Assembly: GCF_032444005.1 (NCBI RefSeq)
Contig: NC_091282.1
Coordinates: 489,676,001-489,740,000 of the forward strand
Length of the DNA stretch: 64,000 nt
Source of the DNA: Ranitomeya imitator
Lineage: Eukaryota
Direction of reading: 5' to 3'
Of the stretch, positions 33,960 to 45,140 are shown in pieces. Each line of letters opens with the position of its first letter. Within the stretch, counting starts at the first letter, position 1. The notes below the pieces were generated by a model. That model did no database searches, was not told where the DNA came from, and saw only the letters and a list, made by a program, of their open reading frames with translations. The translations under genes and the position numbers were made by a program.

Positions 33960-35219
33960 CTAGTCCTTTGAGAAAAGTTTTTGAACAACATCATTAACTT
34001 TAGGCACCAAGGACCTCTTGTATCTCAAAATGAAGTCATCTTTGATCCAGTCTTTCTCTAGAATGTTCTTGTTTCTGGTACTTTTACAATGGAATACAGT
34101 AGCATCTCGTCTTAGAAAAAATGCTGAATATCCTTTAGCCTTTATAACAGAGTGGATTGAAGTGTGAATGACTTTTCGTGGATTCATGATCATTTTTGGT
34201 GCAGTTCTGGTCATGTTATTAATAGGTTCTCTATACAAATGTTGAAGAATATTATCTCCAGGGATATGATTCCATAAATTTAATCCAGATGATTGCTCTG
34301 AAGATAGAAAAATTTGGTTTTCAAAAATGAAGACATTTACATATGGATAACGTTTTTGCAGATTCCTCATTAAAGTTGACCAGTCCCAATATTTTACTGG
34401 AATGATAATCTCATCAATGTCGTTTAGGAGAACATATTCACTTTTAAACATATTTCTGTACATGCAGTCATTTAAAGATGCAATTTGTCCATAGTAGCCA
34501 ATTTCACTGTCGAGTCCTTCAACATATTTCCATTTTTTGGAGGTTTTCAGATATGTGTCTATTGGCCAGGGTATGACATCTACGACACCTTCTTGAATGT
34601 AATGTCTCAAAACCTTGTCCACATTGTCACCACAGCTCGTGTTATAGATGGTGACTCTAGAAGCTCCAAGTAATTTATACATTTCAATAGCCTGAATCAT
34701 TTGCAAAGCGTTATCATACTTCCCATAAAAGGCAGAAATACAAACAGTAAAATTGGCAGAAAATGGCCCTACTGGATCTTTTGAGATCTCAAACACTGGA
34801 ATTTTGCTTAGGCTTTTTGTGCGGTTTGTGTAAACAGATATGTAGTTAAAATCACAATCAGGTGGAATTTTACATAGGAGATTTGCGGTCTCATAAGGGA
34901 ATCCAAAGCCGTCCTGAACAATATCAATTTCTGCCGTAACATGCACATAACCAAACTGCTTACAGTAGAACAAACAGAAAAAGTTGTTTACTGTGTGATG
35001 GACTATAGCAAGTATTCTTATTAAACTGGATTCCCTGGGATCATAATATGGAGCAATGATGAGGGTCTTGTCATCCTGTAATGGTATTAAGGGCCCGATG
35101 GCAATGTTGGAAATGTAGCTTATTTTAGCATCCTGGGGTTGTAGCAGATAAAAGAGCAAGATGAAAAAGAGCACCAATAAATTGCATGCAATGAACTTCT
35201 GTTTTAATGAGCAGGACAT
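33960..35219 (-). CDS. Glycosyltransferase family 92 (DUF23 / GALT-1-like) type II membrane protein, 419 aa, single coding exon
   Basis: The ATG at 35219 follows acceptor tttttttacag (35240); N-terminal TM segment FIACNLLVLFFILLFYLL; motifs FTVCISAFYGKY, IEMYKLLGASRVTIY, YIQEGVVDVIPWP, YYGQIASLNDCMYR, VLLNDIDEII. The first 51 aa of the track ORF are intronic read-through. Confidence 0.88.
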   Translation of the reverse strand: MSCSLKQKFIACNLLVLFFILLFYLLQPQDAKISYISNIAIGPLIPLQDDKTLIIAPYYDPRESSLIRILAIVHHTVNNFFCLFYCKQFGYVHVTAEIDIVQDGFGFPYETANLLCKIPPDCDFNYISVYTNRTKSLSKIPVFEISKDPVGPFSANFTVCISAFYGKYDNALQMIQAIEMYKLLGASRVTIYNTSCGDNVDKVLRHYIQEGVVDVIPWPIDTYLKTSKKWKYVEGLDSEIGYYGQIASLNDCMYRNMFKSEYVLLNDIDEIIIPVKYWDWSTLMRNLQKRYPYVNVFIFENQIFLSSEQSSGLNLWNHIPGDNILQHLYREPINNMTRTAPKMIMNPRKVIHTSIHSVIKAKGYSAFFLRRDATVFHCKSTRNKNILEKDWIKDDFILRYKRSLVPKVNDVVQKLFSKD

Positions 35220-36228
35220 CTTTTCATCACGATTACCGACTGTAAAAAAAAAAAGAAAAATAATTAAAGTATAAAACATTATGTTATTGCACTGATAAAA
35301 CATCTTATTATGAGTCAGACAGTTTTGCAGAATTTCATATTGCAGATAATCTGAAACAAATTGGTATAACAATGTTCTTCAAGGTCGTTACTGACCACAT
35401 ACCATAGAGGCAGGCAGTGAATGGGTTCCTAGAAGACCAATGATCTAGGATGGTTGGTCCATTCCCATTGTCTACTGAGCTGCAAAAACCATAATAGGGA
35501 GCCCATTTTGATATTGACTATGGGACCATTTTGACACTTGCACCACCCTTATAAATATCAGTTTGATGTAAAATACCATACTTTTTCTACAGATTTTGGT
35601 TAAATGCAAAGTACATTTTTTCTAGTTTAGCACTAACATTCAAATGTCTGGAAATATCTTAAATGTCATCAATATTATGATGGTAAATATAGAGAAAAGT
35701 TAGTGAAGAAATGGAAAAAAAGCAAAAAGATGTTAAATAATTAAAAATCAGCAAATTGATTTGATGTTAATTGAGCTCATGCTGAATTTTATAAAATTGG
35801 CAAGTCGCACTCAATTCAAACAAACACTTGATTTGCACAAATCATCAAAATCAATTCTTACAAAGTGTGTCTGTCCCCAACAATTTTCCTTTTTTTTCAC
35901 ATCTATTTCACTAGTTGAATTTTACATCCGTACATAAGACAGCGCTATGTTGCAGGTGCTGGCTTTTTGGAAGTGTACCTACTGCCTACCTAGAATTTCT
36001 TATTATGTCATTGATTGGAAGTGGGTTAAATTTTCTTAAAAAAAACTTCTAGAAAAAAAGGTTTACATATAACTGCATGTCTTATTGCACACCTGTTTTA
36101 CTAGTCTAATTTGGCATCTTTACACAGCACAACTATACTCGGACGGGCTGCCACATTTAGCATTACTTATTTCATGACTTTTGGCATAGTTTGAATAAAT
36201 TACTCAACAGATTGGATTTTGACTATTA

Positions 36229-36673
36229 GGTCTCGCTCCCACTTGAGATGTAATCTGATGAGTGCAATCCAATAAAAAAATAAAGATCACATTGCAGTCG
36301 CTGAATGTTAACCCATGGGGCAGCTCACATCTGCAGTTATTTTCTCATGTAGATTCGGCATGCAAAAACAATCGCAGCATGCTTCGATTGCATCCGTGAA
36401 TCAGATCGCACGCACCCATATAAGTCTATAGATGCATGGAAAACATGCACTCAGATATCATCCGAGTGCAGTGCGATTCCCGCGGACGCCTTCAATGGAG
36501 GAGATGGAGAAATTAATTTCTCCATTTCCTCCGCAGCTGTGCTCCGATTCTCTCATGCGAGAGGATCGGAGGAAAGAGCATGAACACTCAGGCTCCCGCT
36601 CGATCCGAGTGTCATTAACATACCACATCCAATGCTCTCGCATCGGAAGGGATACGCTAGTGTGTCTCTGGCC
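36229..36673. mobile_element. Diverged copy of the 24631-type MITE, reverse orientation
   Basis: The right end catcggaagggatacgctagtgtgtctctggcc|tta is the reverse complement of the 24631 left end; TTA flanks. Confidence 0.75.
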
Positions 36674-36904
36674 TTATAGTATTGTAGGAAATATATATTA
36701 AAAGAAAAAGTTGTAATGCCATTAGAGACAATAGTGTAAAAGAAAAAAAGATAAAAACAAGCGTATTAGTGGGGCGGAAGTGAATACCATCATGAAACAT
36801 ATACCGTATATCATATCAGTTTTACTCACACTTTGGATGATGCCACTTCTGTCAGCGACATCATCAGTTTCAATCAGTGCTCGTCACAGACCACAAATGA
36901 CTAA

Positions 36905-37098
36905 GGCTGCCGTCACACTATCAGTATTTGGTCAGTATTTTACATCAGTATTTGTAAGCCAAAACCAGGAGTGGGTGATAAATACAGAAGTGGTGCATAT
37001 GTTTCTATTATACTTTTCCTCTAATTGTTCCACTCCTGGTTTTGGCTACAAATACTGATGTAAAATACTGACCAAATACTGATAGTGTGATGGCAGCC
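36905..37098. mobile_element. Hairpin MITE (194 bp, arms about 68 bp), TAA target duplication; a degenerate sister copy lies at about 37290-37472
   Basis: taa|ggctgccgtcacactatcagtatttggtcag... / ...ctgaccaaatactgatagtgtgatggcagcc|taa. Confidence 0.9.
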
Positions 37099-38263
37099 TA
37101 AGAGGGTTAACTTTTTTTAGTTTTTTTTCTTTTAATTTAAACATGATAAGCCCCTCAGTCTATTTTTGCATAGGCTGTTATTTCTAGGTTACCTTAATTT
37201 TCTATTTTGAGGTCATTTTGACATTACTGAGGTTCTGTTTGAGCTTGACAAGCGGTGAGGCACAGTCGTAGGAGACCGCCAGAAGCTAAGCCTCATTCAC
37301 ACATCAAAATGTTTGCATCAGTGATTGCATGCCAAAGCCAGGAGTGGAACTTACAGAGAAAAACTATAATTTAAAGATTGTCACCTGTTCTATGTTTAGG
37401 AGACACTCCTGGTTTTGACATACAGATACTGATGAAATACTGATGCAAAAATACTGGCATGTAAATGAGACCTTAAACACATTTTGATTTTTTGTGGTTC
37501 ACAGGAAATTGATTTACTGCAAGTCAAATATTTTGGAAAAATTCATCAAATCTGGTAAATTCAAGTTTCAGAAGATTATCTATAATGGAAATAACTAATG
37601 CAATAAAGAGTAGATTTTGAATACGGGACAAAGGCTTTTGACAAGTATAAGTAGGTAGCATAAGGATACAGTAGATGAAATGTTGGAGAATGTGTTACAC
37701 TCATGGTCAAAAATAGTTTTTATATGTGGAAAGATAAACATTAACTATAATAACTCCACAGAAGCTGGATATTTAACATTGTCTTTTCTTTGCATGGTTT
37801 GCTCTTAATGATGGACTCATTAAAAGGGGTTGTCTATGGCTTTCTACAGAATTTTTGTTTGGACCTAGGCTTCTGAATGCTGACAGTTTGTAATATACTC
37901 ACTATTAGCATCTGCATCATTGCCTAGATGCAAAATTGGCATGTGACCAGCCTCACTCCTGATTCTGGAGAAGTTGGTCACACCCTGACTAGAGTTTTCA
38001 GTTGAGAGACCAGACATTACGCCTGGTCTCCAGAAGGCCTTCCTCCTTCCACTTTGCTTCTACTGCGCAAGTGCTGGAAGTGATTCTAGCACTTGTGCGG
38101 AAAGCCTTTTCTTCCTCTTGCTGCCGAGGCAGTGCAGAGCTAGGTAGAGCAGGGCTGACCGTGAGAACGCCGACTGGACTGAGTCCAGCTGTGAGCAGGA
38201 GAGACATTTCAAGTATATTCACAATCAGCTGGACAGTTCAGTCCAATCAATGTTGGTGCCTCC

Positions 38264-38269
38264 TTTATA
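38264..38269 (-). promoter_or_regulatory. Candidate TATA box, possibly of the GT92 gene
   Basis: CTATAAAGG on the minus strand followed by unique-looking sequence and a donor-like caggc/gtaatg near 38020; the link to GT92 is speculative. Confidence 0.2.
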
Positions 38270-38326
38270 GGAGCTAGCGTTGTGTCAGGGTTGGTATAAT
38301 GGCTTTGGCAGGGAGGCATTTGCTTT

Positions 38327-38644
38327 GGCTAGGTTCACACTAGCGTTGCGCCGCCCTGCGTCGGCGACGCAACGCGCGACGCACGTAAAAACGCGCGCAA
38401 ACGCGCGCAAAAACGCGCGCGTTTTGCGACGCGTGCGTCGTTTTTGACGAAAATCGGACGCACAGAAAATGCTACATGTAGCGTTTTCTTGCGTCCGACG
38501 CTAGCGTCGGAAACGACGCACGTGGCGAAAAACGCCACCAAAACAACGCACGCGTCCCCTATGTTAAACATAGGGGCGCGTCGCCGCTGCGTCGCCGCTG
38601 CGTCGCCGACGCAACAGCGGCGCAACGCTAATGTGAACGTAGCC
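38327..38644. mobile_element. CpG-rich palindromic Harbinger-type MITE (318 bp)
   Basis: ttt|ggctaggttcacactagcgttgcg ... cgcaacgctaatgtgaacgtagcc|ttt. Confidence 0.85.
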
Positions 38645-39166
38645 TTTGAACCAGAATGGCTAATTTCCATACTGTATATCACTGACAAACTCATCAGATC
38701 TCCAGCAGAGCTCCCAATCTCTACCACACTCCCAGAATAGGCACAGCCAAGAATAGGAGCAAGGAAAGTGCAAAAAAAAAACAGTGAGAGGAGGTGGAAG
38801 GGGCTAGGGCACTGAGCACTGATCTACTCCTCCCATTGCAGCTGTCACTCCTCCCTCTGTTGTAATGTTACCAGCAGCTCCCCAGGAGTCAAGAAAGTTA
38901 GGGAGGACAGTGCTGAGACAATGCAAGACTAGGAGTAGGACATAATGGCTCAGGCCTGCATATACAATCCCTTCTGTCCTCCTACAAAATGGACGAATTA
39001 GAACTAATGTTGTTGGAGCATAATTATGACATGGTGGGGATATCTGAAACGTGGCTGGATGAGAGCCATGACTGGGCTGATAACTTGCAGGGCTATAGCC
39101 TGTTCAGAAATGACCGTACAGATAAGCGAGGGGGTGGGGTGTGTCTATATGTAAAATCGTCCTTAA

Positions 39167-40188
39167 AGGGCCACTGTCACCCCCCTCCAGCCGTTATAAA
39201 CTAAAAGAGCCACCTTGTGCAGCAGTAATGCTGCATTCTAACAAGGTGGCTCTTTTAGTTTTTGTTTCTGTTATTCCCACAATAAATGTATTTATAATTC
39301 TGATGAAATACCTATCTTTGCCCATGGAGGCGGGACTGAAGCCTCCTCTTAGAAGCGCCCAACTGCCGTCAGTCATCTCTTGTGTAGATTTTCGCCGCCC
39401 CCTCAGCACTGTTATTGTGTGAATTCCGGCGCCTGCGCTCTGCTCTTCTGCCTTGCGCAGGCGCATAGAGCATTTGCCGTCCTAGCGCTGGTGCCGGGTT
39501 CTGTTCTGCGCCTGTGCGGGCAGTGCGGCCACCCTGTTACTGAATCCCCGCCCCGCACTGTGTTATGCATTATGCACAGTGCTGGGCTGGGATTCCTGGG
39601 CATGCGCACTGCGCTTCCCAGACGCTCCCCAGGTCCCCCGCCTTTCAGCATTGCCGGAATATACAGGTATCCTTGCCGGCGTTTGGAACAGCCGCACAGA
39701 ACAACGCTGGAAGGCGGGGGACCTGTGGAGCGTCTGACAAGTGCAGTGCGCATGCCAAGGAATCCCAGCCCTGCACTGTGCATACTGCATAACACAGTGT
39801 GGGGCGGGGATTCAGTAACAGGCTGGCCGTACTGACCGCACAGGCGCAGAAAGGAACCCGGCACCAGTGCTCAGACGGATAATGCTCTATGCGCCTGCGC
39901 AAGGCAGAAGAGCAGAGCGCAGGCGCCGGAATTCACACAATAACAGCGCTGAGGGGGCGGCGAAAATCTACATAAGAGATGACTGACGGCAGTTGGGCGC
40001 TTCTAAGAGGAGGCTTCAGTCCCGCCTCCATGGACAAAGATAGGTGTTTCAGCAGAATTATAAATACATTTATTGTGGGAATAACAGAAACAAAAACTAA
40101 AAGAGCCACCTTGTTAGAATGCAGCATTACTGCTGCACAAGGTGGCTCTTTTAGTTTATAACGGCTGGAGGGGGGTGACAGTGGCCCC
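39167..40188. mobile_element. T2/Kolobok-type fold-back MITE (about 1 kb near-perfect palindrome), TTAA target duplication, inserted in the CR1 endonuclease
   Basis: ttaa|agggccactgtcac... gtgacagtggcccc|ttaa; mirrored ORFs 39141+/39933- and 39194-/39979+. Confidence 0.9.
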
Positions 40189-40749
40189 TTAAAACCCATC
40201 CTGCGTGATAACATAGGTGAATTTAATGAAAATGTAGAATCCCTGTGGGTGGAGATAAAGGAAGTGGGAAAAAATAATAAATTACTGATAGGGGTTTGTT
40301 ATAAATCTCCAAAAATAATGGAAGCAATGGAGAATATCCTCGTAAAGCAAATAGATGAAGCTGCGACTCAAGGAGAAGTCATTATTATGGGGGACTTCAA
40401 CTACCCTGAAATAGATTGAGGAACAGAAACCTGCAGTTCCAGCATAGGTAATCGGTTTTTGACAACTATGAGATAAAATTACCTTTTACAACTGGTTCAG
40501 GACCCAACAAGAAGGGAGGCACTGCTAGACCTAATATTAACCAACAGGCCAGACCGCATATCAAATATAAGGGTTGGGGGTCACTTGGGGAATAGCGATC
40601 ACAAAATAGTAAGTTTTCATGTATCCTTTAAAAAGATGTGTTATAGAGGGGTTACAAGGACACTAAACTTCAGGAGGGCAAATTTCCAACGGATGAGAGA
40701 GGATCTTGGTGCAATTAACTGGGACGATATCCTGAGACACAAGAATACA

Positions 40750-40916
40750 GAATCTTGTAGATTGTGAGCCCTCGCGGGCAGGGTCCTCTCTCCTCCTGTA
40801 CCAGTTGTGACTTGTATTGTTCAAGATTATTGTACTTGTTTTATTATGTATACCCCTCCTCACATGTAAAGCGCCATGGAATAAATGGCGCTATAATAAT
40901 AAATAATAATAATAAT
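40750..40916 (+). mobile_element. 5'-truncated L2/SINE 3' tail inserted in CR1
   Basis: tagattgtgagccc...tgtaaagcgccatggaataaatggcgctataataataaat(aat)n, with aataca on both sides. Confidence 0.8.
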
Positions 40917-41593
40917 AATACACAAAGAAAATGGGAGACGTTTATTAGCATCCTGGATAGGACCTGTGCACAGTATATACCGTATGGGAATAAACATAAC
41001 ATAAATAGGAGGAAACCAATATGGCTAAATAGAGCTGTAAGGGGCACAATAAGTGACAAAAAGAAAGCATTTAGAGAATTAAAGGAAGTAGGTAGTGAGG
41101 AGGCATTAAATAAATACAAAAAATTAAATAAATTCTGTAAAAAGCAAATCAAGGCAGCAAAGATTGAAACAGAGAGACTCATTGCTAGAGAGAGTAAAAA
41201 TAATCCCAAAATATTCTTTAACTTCATAAATAGTAAGAAACTAAAAAATGATAGTGTTGGCCCCCTTAAAAATAGTCTGGGTGAAATGGTGGATGAGGAT
41301 GAGGAAAAAGCCAATATGCTAAATGACTTTTTTTCATCAGTATTTACACAAGAAAGTCCCATGGCAGACAAAATGACTAGTGATAAAAATTCCCAATTAA
41401 ATGTCACCTGCTTAACCCAGCAGGAAGTGCGGCTGCGTCTAAAAATCTCTAAAATTTACAAATCTCCGGGCCCGGATGGGAAACACCCCGAGTACTGCAG
41501 GAATTAAGTACAGTCATTGATAGACCATTATTTTTAATCTTTAAAGACTCCATAATAACAGGGTCTGTACCACAGGACTGGCATATAGCAAAT

Positions 41594-42931
41594 GTGGTGC
41601 CAATATTCAAAAAGGGGACAAAAACTGAACTTGGAAATTATAGGCCAGTAAGCTTAACCTCTACTGTGGGTAAAATCCTGGAGGGCATTCTAAGGGATGC
41701 CATATTGGAGTATCTGAAGAGGAATAACCTCATGACCCAGTATCAGCACGGGTTTACTAGGGACCGTTCATGTCAGACTAATTTGATCAGTTTCTATGAA
41801 GAGGTAAGTTCCAGACTGGACCAGGGGAACCCAGTGGATATAGTGTATATGGACTTTTCAAAAGCTTTTGATACGGTGCCACACAAAAGGTTGATACATA
41901 AAATGAGAATAATGGGGATAGGGGAAAATATGTGTAAGTGGATTGAGAGCTGGCTCAGGGATAGGAAACAAAGGGTGGTTATTAATGGAGCACACTCGGA
42001 CTGGGTAGCGGTTAGCAGTGGGGTACTACAGGGGTCAGTATTGGGCCCTCTTCTTTTTAACATATTTATTAATGACCTTGTAGGGGGCATTCAGAGTAGA
42101 ATTGCAATATTTGCAGATGACACTAAACTCTGCAGGGTAATCAATACAGGGGAGGACAATTTTATATTACAGGATGATTTATGTAAACTAGAAGCTTGGG
42201 CTGATAAATGGCAAATGAGCTTTAATGGGGATAAATGGAAGGTCATGCACTTGGGTAGAAGTAATAAGATGTATAATTATGTGCTTAATTCTAAAACTCT
42301 GGGCAAAACCGTCAATGAAAAAGACCTGGGAGTATGGGTGGATGACAGACTCATGTTCAGTGGCCAGTATCAGGCAGCTGCTACAAAGGCAAATAAAATA
42401 ATGGGATGCATTAAAAGAGGCATAGATGCTCATGAGGAGAACATAATTTTACCTCTATACAAGTCACTAGTTCGACCACACTTAGAATACTGTGCACAGT
42501 TCTGGTCTCCGGTGTGTAAGAAAGACATTGCTGAACTGGAGCGGGTGCAGAGAAGAGCGACCAAGGTTATTAGAGGACTGGGGGGTCTGCAATACCAAGA
42601 TAGATTATTAGACTTGGGGCTATTTAGTTTGGAAAAGCGAAGACTAAGGGGTGATCTTGTTTTAATGTATAAATATATGAGGAGACAGTACAAAGACCTT
42701 TCTGATGATCTTTTTAATCATAGACCTGAAACAGGGACAAGGGGGCATTCTCTACGTTTGGAGGAAAAAAGGTTTAAGCATAATAACAGACCCAGATTCT
42801 TTACTGTAAGAGCAGTGAGACTATGGAACTCTCTGCCATATGATGTTGTAATGAGTGATTCATTACTTAAATTTAAGAGGGGACTGGATACATTTCTGGA
42901 AAAGTATAATGTTACAGGGTATATACACTAG
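41594..42931 (+). pseudogene. CR1 reverse transcriptase segment (upstream frameshift near 41480)
   Basis: NYRPVSLTS, QHGFTRDRSC, YMDFSKAFDTVPH, QGSVLGPLLFNIFINDL, FADDTKL, HLEYCAQFWSP, LERVQRRATK. Confidence 0.92.
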
Positions 42932-43144
42932 ATTCCTTGATAGGGCGTTGATCCAGGGAACTAGTCTGATTGCCGTATGTGGAGTCGGGAAGGAATTTTT
43001 TTCCCCAAGGCGGAGCTTACTCTTTGCCACATGGTTTTTTTTTTGCCTTCCTCTGGATCAACATGTTAGGGCATGTTAGGTTAGGCTATGGGTTGAACTA
43101 GATGGACTTATAATCTTCCTTCAACCTTAATAACTATGTAACTA

Positions 43145-44170
43145 TGTACCTCTCCCACTCCCTCTTCAACCACTTACAATCTACCTTCAGATTTACCTCT
43201 CTGGACCAAATATCACCTCCTTACGAACCAGAATCCCACAATGATATCTTTCTTCTCTGCTAGATTTCTAAAACTTAAAGGTTCCGTCACACTAGACAAT
43301 ATCGCTAGCGATCCGTGACGTTGCAGCGTCCTGGCTAGCGATATCGTCCAGTGTGACAGGCAGCAGCGATCAGGCCCCTGCTGTGATATCGCTGGTCGGG
43401 GAAGAAAGTCCAGAACTTTGTTTCGTCGCTGGATCTCCCGCTGACATCGCTGAATCGGCGTGTGTGACGCCGATTCAGCGATGTCTTCGCTGGTAACCAG
43501 GGTAAACATCAGGTTACTAAGCGCAGGGCCGCGCTTAATAACCCGATGTTTACCCTGGTTACCATCATTAAAGTAAAAAAAACAACCACTACATACTTAC
43601 CTACCGCTGTCTGTCCTCGGCGCTCTGCTTCTCTGCTCTGGCTGTGAGCACAGCGGCCGGAAAGCAGAGCAGTGACATCACCGCTCTGCTTTCCGGCTGC
43701 CCGGCGCTCACAGCCAGAGCAGAGAAGCACAGCGCCAAGGACAGACAGCGGTAGGTAAGTATGTAGTGGTTGTTTTTTTTACTTTAACGATGGTAACCAG
43801 GGCAAACATCGGGTTACTAAGCGCGGCCCTGCGCTTAGTAACCCAATGTTTACCCTGGTTACCGGGGACCTCGGGATCGTTGGTCGCTGGAGAGCTGTCT
43901 GTGTGACAGCTCTCCAGCGACCAAACAGCGACGCTGCAGCGATCCGGATCGTTGTCGGTATCGCTGCAGCGTCGCTTAGTGTGACGGTACCTTAACATGG
44001 TTAAAATAAAATTAATCATCTTTCCCCATCTCACTCAACCACTTCCAACAGATTTATCCATCAAAGTCAATGGCTGCTCACTCTCCCAAGTTAACCCTTG
44101 ACTGTGATCTCCCATTTAAACCACATATCCAAGCCCTTTCCACTTCATGCCGACTCCAACTCAAAAATAT
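43145..44170 (+). mobile_element. Old L2 fragments (43145-43270 and 44005-44170) flanking a MITE
   Basis: 44100-44170 (tttaaaccacatatccaagccctttccacttcatgccgactccaactcaaaaatat) resembles the L2 copy at 47310-47370. Confidence 0.5.
43279..43992. mobile_element. Harbinger MITE (714 bp), TAA target duplication, ends homologous to the autonomous element at 12874-21568
   Basis: taa|aggttccgtcacac ... gtgtgacggtacct|taa; terminal 100-150 bp align by eye to both ends of the full-length element. Confidence 0.9.
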
Positions 44171-44515
44171 GTGTCTAGCCTGAGACTGGCGAGCGACTGG
44201 TTGAATGCACCTAGCGCCCACCAAATCCGTCCAATCAGCAGTTTCAGTGCTGGCATAGCACTGTATAAATGCATAAATTATTTAGAAGGATTGACATTTC
44301 AAGTATTATCACAGCACTGGCTCCTATGCAGGGGATGCCAGCTCTGAAACAGTTCATTACCCCTTAACTAACGCCAATACGGCTTTTACGGCAGCCGTTA
44401 AGCGACCTAATTCCTCAGCACTGCTTTTTCATGTCAGAGGAGTAAATGTATAGCGCCTCCAGTGGGCAGAAATCCAGAAGATGAGAGCTGCATATGACAG
44501 CTGACATCCTGCAGC

Positions 44516-45140
44516 TGTCACGATCCATGTGGCAGATCTGGCTTCTCAGATTAAAACTGTTTTCTTTCAGGCTATCTGGTTTAATGCAGTTTTTCCCCAG
44601 TGGTCGCTGGTGTAATTACAATGCTGCCTAGTCTTCTGATGTAAGTGGTGACCACTTCCACTATCCTTCAAAAGGTCACCTGATGCATCAGCTGACTGTT
44701 GAGACCAACCTAGCTGGAGAAGAAGCTTGCGGAATACTGTTGTTCTACAGCTGAATACTGATATCTAGCACCTTACTCTGCTGTGCAGTGCATTGCAGCA
44801 GAGAAAGCTAAGTGTGGGGTTTATTGTTTCTTTGTCCCTTTGTTGTCTGTAACTCTCCTTGTGTTGTATTAGTGCAGTGGTGGGACCAGTGCTCTCACCT
44901 GCCAGTTCCCTACTTAGGGATAGGAGCAGGGTAAGTGAGGGATATGGTATCCTGGTCAACGACGGGGTGAAATAACCCGTATAGGGATGATAGTAACAGC
45001 AGGGCACTTCCTCAGGTGAGTGCAGGAGGTGTCCAATTCTCCGTTCCCTACCGACAAGGCCCACCATTGTTAAAGTGTCCCTGGTGTACCCTTGTGTGTT
45101 TTGCCGTTTTGTGACCGTCCCTTCGTCGGGTCATGTCACA
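44516..45140 (+). mobile_element. Possible solo LTR remnant
   Basis: Starts tgtcacg and ends tgtcaca with LTR-like composition; no TSD found. Confidence 0.3.

Larger units (their letters stand above)
38980..43148 (+). mobile_element. CR1-clade LINE, 5'-truncated ORF2 (APE endonuclease + RT) with two insertions, ending in (taactatg)n
   Basis: Endonuclease VGISETWLD...GYSLFRNDR...GGGVCLYVK; later GDFNYPEI- and SDHKIV-like segments; RT downstream; 3' octamer repeats. Confidence 0.92.

Noticed and set aside
35220-35372. Extra 51 N-terminal residues of the 470-aa ORF
   Set aside because: They run through a polypyrimidine tract and AG acceptor at 35240, so they are intronic; the ATG at 35219 directly precedes the TM segment.
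38335-38740. GC-rich stretch with ORFs on both strands, as a CpG island or foreign gene
   Set aside because: Fully explained by a palindromic MITE with TIRs and a 3-bp duplication.
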